Source of the DNA: an uncultured virus (IMG/VR IMGVR_UViG_3300025832_000005)
Lineage: Duplodnaviria; Heunggongvirae; Uroviricota; Caudoviricetes
Virus record (IMG/VR): IMGVR_UViG_3300025832_000005
Location: 62,001-126,000 of that record
Length of the DNA: 64,000 bases
Direction: 5' to 3' (one strand)
Shown: in pieces, positions 37,729-44,490 of the stretch
Layout of the letters: each line of letters starts with the position of its first letter
Position numbering within the stretch: the stretch's first letter is position 1
Notes under the pieces: model-generated
Databases searched by the model: none
Told to the model about the DNA's origin: nothing
What the model saw: the letters and a program-made list of their open reading frames with translations, nothing else
Position numbers and translations under genes: made by a program

Positions 37729-37803
37729 TGGCAGTCCCTAGGGGAATTGAACCCCTCTTTCCAGGTTGAAAACCTGGCGTCCTAACCGATAGACGAAGGG
37801 ACC
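37729..37803 (-). tRNA. tRNA-Glu(TTC)
   Basis: CCAGG-TTTTCAA-CCTGG anticodon arm, encoded CCA. Confidence 0.92.
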
Positions 37804-37807
37804 ATTA

Positions 37808-37892
37808 TGGTGCGGATGGAGAGACTCGAACTCTCACGCCGTGAAGCACAGGTACCTAAAACCTGCGTGTCTACCGATTCCACCACATCCGC
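37808..37892 (-). tRNA. tRNA-Leu(TAG)
   Basis: CAGGT-TTTAGGT-ACCTG, long variable arm, CCA. Confidence 0.92.
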
Positions 37893-37895
37893 TTA

Positions 37896-37936
37896 TGGTG
37901 CCTGTTGAGAGACTTGAACTCCCGACCGGCTTATTA
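37896..37936 (-). pseudogene. Orphan 3' half of a tRNA (Thr-like)
   Basis: TAATAAGCCGGTCGGGAGTTCAAGTCTCTCAACAGGCACCA: T-arm, acceptor strand and CCA, with no 5' half attached. Confidence 0.75.
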
Positions 37937-38011
37937 TGGTGCTGATGGAGAGAATCGAACTCCCAATCTACTGATTACAAATCAGTTGCCTTACCATTGG
38001 GCCACATCAGC
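37937..38011 (-). tRNA. tRNA-Thr(TGT)
   Basis: ACTGA-TTTGTAA-TCAGT anticodon arm, CCA. Confidence 0.92.
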
Positions 38012-38518
38012 TTAGAAACTTTGTCCTTCATAATAGCGTTTCATTCTACTATGTCGTCCGTTTCCTTTATTCTTACCCTTGTATGTTAATGTCTGACTAT
38101 GACAGTTAGGACATAACAAACTTAGGTTATCTTCAGCGTTATTTTCTGAATTGCCATCTTTGTGTTCTAATTCTAACACAATTGGCTTTTGGTTCCACTC
38201 AGTAATTCCGCATTGCCAGCAACCACTTACTTGTTCTGCCAAGTACCGTTTAACTGGTCCTTTGCTTAGTTTACCTGTTTCCTTCCAAACACGAACGTAT
38301 TCGTTATGTTGGAAACTATGTTGGCACTCTAAATTACAAAATTTATTCTTAGTCGAGTGTGACCATTTATTTTCATTTCCACAGTGCAGACATATAAATG
38401 TTTTTATAGGTCCTGCTCTGCTAACGCTATATCTACTTCCTTCTTTATGTGCTACCATATGTGCGTTCAACGCTCTTTGGGTAGCATATTCTTTATTACA
38501 TTCACCGCACTTAAACAT
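38012..38518 (-). CDS. HNH homing-type endonuclease with N-terminal zinc fingers
   Basis: CGEC..H...H, CLHC..FC..C, CWQCG..LELEHKDG..NN..NL.LLCPNCH; stop codon abuts tRNA-Thr. Confidence 0.88.
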   Translation of the reverse strand: MFKCGECNKEYATQRALNAHMVAHKEGSRYSVSRAGPIKTFICLHCGNENKWSHSTKNKFCNLECQHSFQHNEYVRVWKETGKLSKGPVKRYLAEQVSGCWQCGITEWNQKPIVLELEHKDGNSENNAEDNLSLLCPNCHSQTLTYKGKNKGNGRHSRMKRYYEGQSF

Positions 38519-38586
38519 CAGTGGCTCCTTATTTGCTCAAAAGTATTTATGCTTTTAAGCAAAATTTGCTCTATTAGTTGAGCAAG

Positions 38587-38608
38587 CTACCAACTGAGCT
38601 ATTGCGGC
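38587..38608 (-). pseudogene. Orphan 5' tRNA fragment (Thr-like, through the D-loop)
   Basis: GCCGCAATAGCTCAGTTGGTAG followed by unrelated sequence. Confidence 0.7.
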
Positions 38609-38609
38609 G

Positions 38610-38684
38610 TTATCTTTTTACTCTACAAATTGGACAAAAGTCGTTGTGATCCAATTCAAATTTACATTCAGGACATTTATTCAT
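38610..38684 (-). CDS. 24-aa zinc-ribbon peptide
   Basis: MNKCPECKFELDHNDFCPICRVKR; ATAAGTA box 5 nt upstream. Confidence 0.5.
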   Translation of the reverse strand: MNKCPECKFELDHNDFCPICRVKR

Positions 38685-38705
38685 ATTAATACTTATCCTG
38701 TATCT

Positions 38706-38796
38706 TGGCGGGCAGCCAGGGATTCGAACCCTGGGAACGCTATTAACGTTCGTCCGCTTAGTAGGCGGGTGCTTTAAACCACTCAGCCAACTGCCC
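38706..38796 (-). tRNA. tRNA-Ser with anticodon ACT
   Basis: CCGC-CTACTAA-GCGG anticodon arm, long variable arm, G73, CCA. Confidence 0.85.
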
Positions 38797-39187
38797 GTAA
38801 ACCGTCCCAACCTCCAAGTATTGCATGTTCTTCTGCATGACAGTTTGCACATAACAATGCGCACTTATCTACTTCTTCTAAAAAGACCTGTAAGTTTTTA
38901 GATCTTCTAAACGCTTTTGGGTCCTTCTTAGTCGGGTCTTTGTGATGAAACTGTAATGCTCCTGTGTAGTTGTTATATCCACACTTTTCGCAACAGCCAC
39001 CTTTATGTTTAATCGCTTGCAACCTAACATCTTTTTGTGTTTGGTGCGTTAATTTAATGTGACAACTTTTACACCGGATCTTCTGACCACCATAAAAGTT
39101 GTCTGGATTAGTTTCGTTACAAGTCTTACACAAGTATGGCTTTACCACACCTTTCTTACCTGAACTGCCTATGCCTTCTAAGTTCAT
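38783..39187 (-). CDS. HNH endonuclease
   Basis: CKTC..CKSC, GGCCEKCGY..ALQFHH.DP..K..E.DKC.LLCANCHAEEH; ORF ends inside tRNA-Ser. Confidence 0.88.
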   Translation of the reverse strand: MNLEGIGSSGKKGVVKPYLCKTCNETNPDNFYGGQKIRCKSCHIKLTHQTQKDVRLQAIKHKGGCCEKCGYNNYTGALQFHHKDPTKKDPKAFRRSKNLQVFLEEVDKCALLCANCHAEEHAILGGWDGLRAVG

Positions 39188-39230
39188 CTTACTCTCCTAT
39201 ACTGTTATTTAGCATATTAAAGTAAATTTA

Positions 39231-39255
39231 CTTTAAGCCACTCAGCCACCTGTCC
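39231..39255 (-). pseudogene. Orphan 5' fragment of tRNA-Ser
   Basis: GGACAGGTGGCTGAGTGGCTTAAAG, similar to the 5' end of the intact tRNA-Ser (GGGCAGTTGGCTGAGTGGTTTAAAG). Confidence 0.8.
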
Positions 39256-39261
39256 GTATTC

Positions 39262-39337
39262 TGGCTCCCTCTGCTGGGCTCGAACCAGCGACAAATTGAT
39301 TAACAGTCAATTGCTCTACCAACTGAGCTAAGAGGGA
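39262..39337 (-). tRNA. tRNA-Asn(GTT)
   Basis: ATTGA-CTGTTAA-TCAAT, G73, CCA. Confidence 0.93.
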
Positions 39338-39340
39338 ATA

Positions 39341-39448
39341 AAGACTGCTTATTGCTAACACACCTATCAACACTTCCTCCCTCACCTAGCCTTATTGACA
39401 TTGCTAGTTACGTTTGGTTGCTACTTGTGTGTAGCAATAAGCAGTCTT
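39341..39448 (-). ncRNA. Candidate structured RNA within the tRNA operon
   Basis: 17-bp perfect closing stem aagactgcttattgcta/tagcaataagcagtctt with an internal hairpin. Confidence 0.55.
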
Positions 39449-39457
39449 CCTTATTCT

Positions 39458-39525
39458 TGGTGCCCTCTCCCGGACTCGAACCGGGACGCTGTGAAGACTG
39501 AGGATCCCCATTCTCCATCACTAGG
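39458..39525 (-). pseudogene. Chimeric tRNA lacking an anticodon arm: 5' part like the CAT tRNA, 3' part of a tRNA-Leu
   Basis: CCTAGTGATGGAGAATGGGGATCCTCAG joined to TCTTCACAGCGTCCCGGTTCGAGTCCGGGAGAGGGCACCA; the two acceptor strands do not pair. Confidence 0.75.
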
Positions 39526-39534
39526 GTTATTCTT

Positions 39535-39628
39535 TGGTGCGGGCGGTGGGACTTGAACCCACAACGTGATCATTAATCTGTGAAGGATTTTAAGTCCTTT
39601 GCGTTTCAACCAATTTCGCCACGCCCGC
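39535..39628 (-). tRNA. tRNA-Leu(TAA)
   Basis: AAGGA-CTTAAAA-TCCTT, long variable arm, CCA. Confidence 0.92.
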
Positions 39629-39760
39629 TTATTAACTTTTTAACTCTGGAATAGTTGCCCCCTTTTGGAGCAAGTCCAACTTCTAACAACGTTTGTCTTA
39701 TATTACTATGATTATCGTATGCTGTCAATAACTCATTGTCAGAAACTTTAACTTAAACAA

Positions 39761-39784
39761 TGTCTACCATTCCACCAAGAGGGC
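39761..39784 (-). pseudogene. Orphan 5' fragment of tRNA-Leu
   Basis: GCCCTCTTGGTGGAATGGTAGACA; GCCCTCT pairs 7/7 with AGAGGGC of the 3' half ending at 39458. Confidence 0.8.
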
Positions 39785-39799
39785 ACTTTATTCTAATTA

Positions 39800-39990
39800 C
39801 TGTGTATGTGTGGGAGGTTCTCAACGCTTTCGCTCCGCCTATCCACACTAACGACAAACACTTGCCGGCATACTTGCATCGAGCCTTTTGTTGTGATTGC
39901 GACATCACTTCTCATCATATGGGACTTGCTAACCCATACTAGCTGAGGAGCAACCTCAACACGTCTCTTGGTACTCCTAAGGAGTACTAT
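39800..39990 (-). ncRNA. Candidate multi-hairpin ncRNA
   Basis: GC-richer gap with at least four hairpins (gtactcc/ggagtac, tgagg/cctca, tatggg/cccata, gtgat/atcac); no convincing ORF. Confidence 0.4.
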
Positions 39991-40075
39991 TGGTCCTAGC
40001 GGTTGGAATCGAACCAACTCGGTCATTACAACAAAGCGTTATGAGCGCTGAGGCTCCCCATTTGCCATCACTAGG
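39991..40075 (-). tRNA. Atypical tRNA with anticodon CAT and a long variable region
   Basis: 7-bp acceptor CCTAGTG/CGCTAGG, AGCG-CTCATAA-CGCT, about 16-nt variable region, GTTGG-TTCGATT-CCAAC, A73-CCA; position 8 is A. Confidence 0.7.
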
Positions 40076-40082
40076 TGTATTC

Positions 40083-40159
40083 TGGCGGTCCCTGCAGGAT
40101 TCGAACCTGCAACCTACTGCTTAGAAGGCAGTTGATCTATCCAGTTGATCTAAGGAACC
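40083..40159 (-). tRNA. tRNA-Arg(TCT)
   Basis: ACTGC-CTTCTAA-GCAGT, CCA. Confidence 0.92.
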
Positions 40160-40406
40160 TTAATTCTATTGTTTTTAGTTTTAACATGATAGCATTAACT
40201 GAGTCTGGTGTCAAGCCTGGAATAACATCATCATTGTCATTTATGCCAGGTAGTTGTACAAACATATTGTCGTCAAAAACTGCCGCTTCATACTTTGCTT
40301 TTCCAGGCAAAAGTACTACACTAAGCTGATACTTTCCAAACTGCTGTTTAGCTTGAAAGTGACCAGGACCAACTTCATTAAACTTGAGTGTATTGAAAAG
40401 TTGCAT
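40137..40406 (-). CDS. Hypothetical early protein
   Basis: SD GGAGG before ATG 40406; reads into the 5' end of tRNA-Arg. Confidence 0.6.
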   Translation of the reverse strand: MQLFNTLKFNEVGPGHFQAKQQFGKYQLSVVLLPGKAKYEAAVFDDNMFVQLPGINDNDDVIPGLTPDSVNAIMLKLKTIELRFLRSTG

Positions 40407-40410
40407 CAGT

Positions 40411-40818
40411 TTACACCTCCAATGTATATGGTTTATTCCACTTACCAACATTAACGTCAGTGTAGTGTGAACGACTAAAGTAATCAGTCATTGCGTCATC
40501 GTTGTTAAAGTACTTTGGACCTTTCATAGCATCTACAAGCTCTTCTAAAAAGTCACTAGCGGCACCGTATGTTTCAGGATAGTAAGGGTTTACTTGAATG
40601 TATCCATCATTTTCATAGTATGGTGTACCACGGCGTTCTGCGATCTCCTGGTTCTTTTTATTGGCTTCACCAATAAAGTCAATTGGACCACTCTTAATGT
40701 TTACACAAATTGTTGAGTGATTATTAACACTAATGCTGGCTTTCATACGATACTTTTTTAGTACTGCTTTGATGCCTGGTGCTAATTCTTTTTTCATTGC
40801 TTGTGATACATACGCCAT
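40411..40818 (-). CDS. Hypothetical early phage protein
   Basis: MAYVSQ..K..D.MTDYF..HY..VNVGKWNKPY; SD AGGAG. Confidence 0.75.
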   Translation of the reverse strand: MAYVSQAMKKELAPGIKAVLKKYRMKASISVNNHSTICVNIKSGPIDFIGEANKKNQEIAERRGTPYYENDGYIQVNPYYPETYGAASDFLEELVDAMKGPKYFNNDDAMTDYFSRSHYTDVNVGKWNKPYTLEV

Positions 40819-40851
40819 TTGCTAACTCCTGTTTGCTTAACTTATACATAA

Positions 40852-40880
40852 TGTCTAGCAGTTCTAGACCAAGATGTCAA
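40852..40880 (-). promoter_or_regulatory. Early promoter with a non-canonical -10 box
   Basis: TTGACA-tcttggtctagaactgc (17 nt)-TAGACA. Confidence 0.7.
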
Positions 40881-40888
40881 TAGCTAAT

Positions 40889-41263
40889 TTAACTTTTTTT
40901 ATATTTTTTTAACATTTTTTCTTGTTCAGCATATGCTTCAATTTCCCACGGACGTTCAAAGTAAGGAATATCACTAGGCTCAAACATAGGAAACTCACCA
41001 CGTACATCTTGTTTAATGTGTACAAACTCATGGAAGATAGCAGTAATAAGGTCTTCAGTTTTCAGACCTTTGCGAACACGGATCTCATACTCACGATCAT
41101 CATCGCCTTCTAAACAGTCTGCTTCGGCGGCCAATCCTGGCGCAATCTCTACATCAACTGCTAGTTTACGGTGTCGTGGTAACCAGTAATCTTTAGCAAA
41201 CCATAATGCTTCTGTTACTAGTTGTCGTTCTTTTTTAGTACCGCCGATTACACTATAAAGCAT
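40889..41263 (-). CDS. Zincin-like metallopeptidase
   Basis: HEFVH (HExxH) and PWEIEAY. Confidence 0.75.
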   Translation of the reverse strand: MLYSVIGGTKKERQLVTEALWFAKDYWLPRHRKLAVDVEIAPGLAAEADCLEGDDDREYEIRVRKGLKTEDLITAIFHEFVHIKQDVRGEFPMFEPSDIPYFERPWEIEAYAEQEKMLKKYKKS

Positions 41264-41290
41264 TGTGATCCTCTTTTAACTTATACATAT

Positions 41291-41319
41291 ACTATAGCAC
41301 CAATACGTCTTGGTGTCAA
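41291..41319 (-). promoter_or_regulatory. Sigma70-type early promoter
   Basis: TTGACA-ccaagacgtattggtgc (17 nt)-TATAGT; differs by one base from the promoter at 6065. Confidence 0.85.
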
Positions 41320-41328
41320 GCCGGTTTA

Positions 41329-41487
41329 TTAAAAAAATGCCATTAAAATTAGAATTAATATTAGCCAGCCAACCCAGTTAAATCCGCCACCAATTAAGCC
41401 CTTACTTTTAGCACAATCGTAGCAGTAACGATACTTCTTTGGTGTCTTTTTTGTACAAAAAAATGCGTCACATGTTTTTTTACTCAT
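41329..41487 (-). CDS. 52-aa Cys-rich membrane peptide (missing from the ORF track)
   Basis: MSKKTCDAFFCTKKTPKKYRYCYDCAKSKGLIGGGFNWVGWLILILILMAFF; ATGA overlap with the uvsY stop. Confidence 0.6.
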   Translation of the reverse strand: MSKKTCDAFFCTKKTPKKYRYCYDCAKSKGLIGGGFNWVGWLILILILMAFF

Positions 41488-41939
41488 AATGAAATATCTT
41501 CTAATCCTGCTGATCTTAATTTTACAATGTTATTAATCTGAAATCCTTTAGTATCCAGTGCTTTGATAAGCCCCATATACTTGTTACGGATCAAGGCAAA
41601 CTCATTACAAATGTGTTGCTGGTCGATAACATCAGGTTCACCTTCAGCATACTTGTCAGCGTCACGGCTACTTAGAGCACGATTATAATGCTCTAAAAAC
41701 TTTTTATATTTTTGTGTTTTTATTTTACGAAGTTCAATATTCAGATATTCCAGAATTGCTTCTATCTCCTGTAATTGATTAAAACGATATTCAATTATAC
41801 CAGGCATGTCTCGTGAATGTCTTTCGACACTGCCTTTAAGGCCACACTCTTTACGTGCTTCGTCTAATTGTTTTTCGTAATAATCAATTGCAGGGATAAT
41901 GTTACTGATATCTTTTCGTATATCGTTAAACCAGCTCAT
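41484..41939 (-). CDS. uvsY: Recombination mediator, UvsY-like
   Basis: Helical, D..KY...EP..., K.FQINNI motif; downstream of the recombinase. Confidence 0.7.
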   Translation of the reverse strand: MSWFNDIRKDISNIIPAIDYYEKQLDEARKECGLKGSVERHSRDMPGIIEYRFNQLQEIEAILEYLNIELRKIKTQKYKKFLEHYNRALSSRDADKYAEGEPDVIDQQHICNEFALIRNKYMGLIKALDTKGFQINNIVKLRSAGLEDISL

Positions 41940-42188
41940 TTACCATTCTTCATCATCTTCGTTAAACTCGTCCAAATCTACATATTCAGTATATTTGTCT
42001 CGGATAACTTTGTCAATAGTTCCGTCAAAACCAACTAGTTCATCAGATACTTCTTCAATATCAATTGAATCTTCTAGGGTCATTAAGAACTTTTGACAAG
42101 CGTCATATTTGTCCTTTGCTGTAATGTATGGCTTTACTGCCATCCAAAGATTCACGAACTGTTCAATTTCGTCTTCACTCAGTTTCAT
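41940..42188 (-). CDS. Hypothetical acidic protein
   Basis: 82-aa ORF between uvsX and uvsY. Confidence 0.65.
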   Translation of the reverse strand: MKLSEDEIEQFVNLWMAVKPYITAKDKYDACQKFLMTLEDSIDIEEVSDELVGFDGTIDKVIRDKYTEYVDLDEFNEDDEEW

Positions 42189-43293
42189 ATGTATCAGTTT
42201 CCTCAGATAATGTGTTCTCGTTATTTAGTTCATCAGCATCTTCAGTAACGTCATCTACTTTTTGGTCGTCCCATTCGCTCATAATAAGGTCTAATGCGCC
42301 ATCTTTATTAGCATTCCAAGGCTTACGGAACATTTTAATTACTTCACCAGTTACGTGACTAGTGTATTCCAAACTGTTACCGCTCTTCTTTAGAATATCT
42401 TTGGCTTCAAAGAACTCTACAAGTCCACTGTATGGACTCATACCTGTTTCATATGGAATCTCCACTTGTACACTTTCAAACGGTTTAGCATAACGTGTTT
42501 TCATTACCTTACACGCCGCTCTAATACCATGTACTTGTGAAGTCTTGTTGCCGTCTGCGTCTACTTTTAGTTTAAGTTTACGCATAGCAACCACAATACT
42601 ACTTGCGTAGATAAAGCCTTGCCCACCACTAATCTTATCATCTGGATCAAACATATCCTGTGATGCGTATGTGTGGTTAGTTGCCATTAGTCCTACGTTG
42701 TATTCGCCCAACATGTTAACAGTATTACGAACCAGTGATGTTAGTGCTTTAGGCTTACGGCCCAAGTCACCCTTCATATCACCTGCTTCAAACTGTTTAA
42801 CATCAGTTGGTGTCAACATCATACCTAATGAGTCAATCACAAACAATACTTTAGGACGTTCGTCCTTTTCCTTGTCTGCCCATTCCTTTTTGTAGTCTGT
42901 CATGAAATCACTCATAACTTTGGCTACATCGTCAATCATTGCTAAGTTAAGTTTTAGCAACTTATCTGGACTTGTATCTACATCTAATGCGTGTAGCCAA
43001 GTCTCATCTAGTGCGTTTTCAGTATCAATTAGTACAACAAAAATGTTTTGATCCTGTGCTTGTTTAACAATATTACCAGCCGCAATATACGATTTACCTG
43101 CGCCTGATTCACCAGCTAGTACTGATACTTTGCCAAGTGGAATACCCTTTTCAAAGTCTCCACTAATTAATTTGTTTAGTGTATAATTACCTGTTGAAAT
43201 CCATGTATCTGGATCATTAAACCCAACACTTAGTCCGGGCACCGCTTTAGTAATACTCTTGCGGAATTTACTTACATCAAATGGTCTTGCCAT
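42175..43293 (-). CDS. uvsX: RecA/UvsX recombinase
   Basis: WISTG, AGESGAGKS, IDTENA, VIDSLG, NHTY, SGG, KTR. Confidence 0.92.
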   Translation of the reverse strand: MARPFDVSKFRKSITKAVPGLSVGFNDPDTWISTGNYTLNKLISGDFEKGIPLGKVSVLAGESGAGKSYIAAGNIVKQAQDQNIFVVLIDTENALDETWLHALDVDTSPDKLLKLNLAMIDDVAKVMSDFMTDYKKEWADKEKDERPKVLFVIDSLGMMLTPTDVKQFEAGDMKGDLGRKPKALTSLVRNTVNMLGEYNVGLMATNHTYASQDMFDPDDKISGGQGFIYASSIVVAMRKLKLKVDADGNKTSQVHGIRAACKVMKTRYAKPFESVQVEIPYETGMSPYSGLVEFFEAKDILKKSGNSLEYTSHVTGEVIKMFRKPWNANKDGALDLIMSEWDDQKVDDVTEDADELNNENTLSEETDTYETE

Positions 43294-43357
43294 TATTATC
43301 TCCTAGAAAGAAAGTGTCGGGCGACATATTTGCCGCCCTTAACTATATGTTATGGAT

Positions 43358-44374
43358 TTATGCTCTTGAGCGGATTGCCGCTAAGATGTCCTGCGCACTT
43401 GGCTTGTCACCTTCAGCTGCTACTGGAGCAGGTGTTGGTGCAGGCGTTGGTGCCGCTTCTGCTACTGGAGCAGGTGTTGGCGTAGGTGCTGTTGCTACTG
43501 GTTGTGGCGTTGGCGTTGCTACTGGAGCAGGTGCCGCTGCTGGCGCACTACCATTATTTGGTGCGCTGTTTGATGTATCAATTTGTACACCTGATGGGCG
43601 ATAAAAATTACCCCAACGTGATGGATCATACATTTTACCATCAACACTTGCTTCAAACATTTCAGCAATTACTGCCAACTCTGCTTCGCTTGGTTGCTTT
43701 GGTAGATAATCATTTAGATTATACAATCCATGTGTTTCGATAGCTGCACGTTCATTGCTATCTAAGCTACGTTCTCTACGAGCCCAACCACTAGTTGAGT
43801 AATCTGCGTATTGACCTTTTGTTGTCTTAGTAAGACGGAAGTCTGTACCACCTTCGTAATCTGTAGGAAGTTCTTCAAAGTCACTACTCATTAGAGCACC
43901 TTTAATAATATTGAAGATACTTGGATTAATTACAAATCTACGAATTGGATTTTCTGGAGACTCTTCTTCCAAAGAGTTTTCAGTTACAAAACCTTGGAAT
44001 ACGTATGAACGTTTCTTCCAATACTTACGACCCATGTCTTCTAGACTTGGATCCTTAAACCACTGACGTACCTCTGATAGTACTGGACAGCTTCCAACTG
44101 GTCCCCACATTTCATTACATGGAACGTTTACAACACAACGACGACTGTCTGGTTGTCCTTCGATTCCTTGAAACTCCATGCGAATCATTTGACGCTCACG
44201 CCAAAAGAAAGTGTTTCCTGTATCTCCATCTGGAAGGAAACGAATTACACTTGTTGAATTTTCTGGGATGTTCCAAAACGGATAGATTGCGTTATCGCCT
44301 CCGCCGCTTTGCTTGCCTGGACCGCTGTTGTCCTGTGCTTGTAGTTTTGCTTTAATTTCTGCCAATGATGCCAT
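43358..44374 (-). CDS. Single-stranded DNA-binding protein (gp32-like)
   Basis: IRFLP, CPV, RKYWKKRSY, P..Y..G.DF.L.K....ADYS.S; Pro/Ala linker. Confidence 0.85.
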   Translation of the reverse strand: MASLAEIKAKLQAQDNSGPGKQSGGGDNAIYPFWNIPENSTSVIRFLPDGDTGNTFFWRERQMIRMEFQGIEGQPDSRRCVVNVPCNEMWGPVGSCPVLSEVRQWFKDPSLEDMGRKYWKKRSYVFQGFVTENSLEEESPENPIRRFVINPSIFNIIKGALMSSDFEELPTDYEGGTDFRLTKTTKGQYADYSTSGWARRERSLDSNERAAIETHGLYNLNDYLPKQPSEAELAVIAEMFEASVDGKMYDPSRWGNFYRPSGVQIDTSNSAPNNGSAPAAAPAPVATPTPQPVATAPTPTPAPVAEAAPTPAPTPAPVAAEGDKPSAQDILAAIRSRA

Positions 44375-44490
44375 AGTTATTCTCCTAATATGTTTGCCTA
44401 TGTGTGTTGCTCTAAGAGCAACTTTTGCCTAAGTTTGCCTAAGTGACAATGTACTTATTATCACTAATATATAATACATGCGTTAGTTTG

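Noticed and set aside
37896..38608. Thr-like 5' and 3' remnants as halves of one tRNA interrupted by an intron
   Set aside because: The acceptor strands GCCGCAA and AACAGGC pair at only 3 of 7 positions, and no group I core is recognisable
38685..38864. N-terminal 60 aa of the 84-aa ORF 38610-38864, and likewise ORFs 39760-39942, 39793-40026 and 40075-40329
   Set aside because: They read through tRNA or structured RNA sequence; only the last 24 codons of the first ORF look coding
39800..39990. tmRNA or RNase P RNA
   Set aside because: No tag reading frame ending in Ala-Ala, no tRNA-like ends, and no GAGGAAAGUCC-type P4 signature
43420..43550. Repeats gctactggagcaggtg as an array
   Set aside because: They encode the Pro/Ala/Thr linker of the SSB
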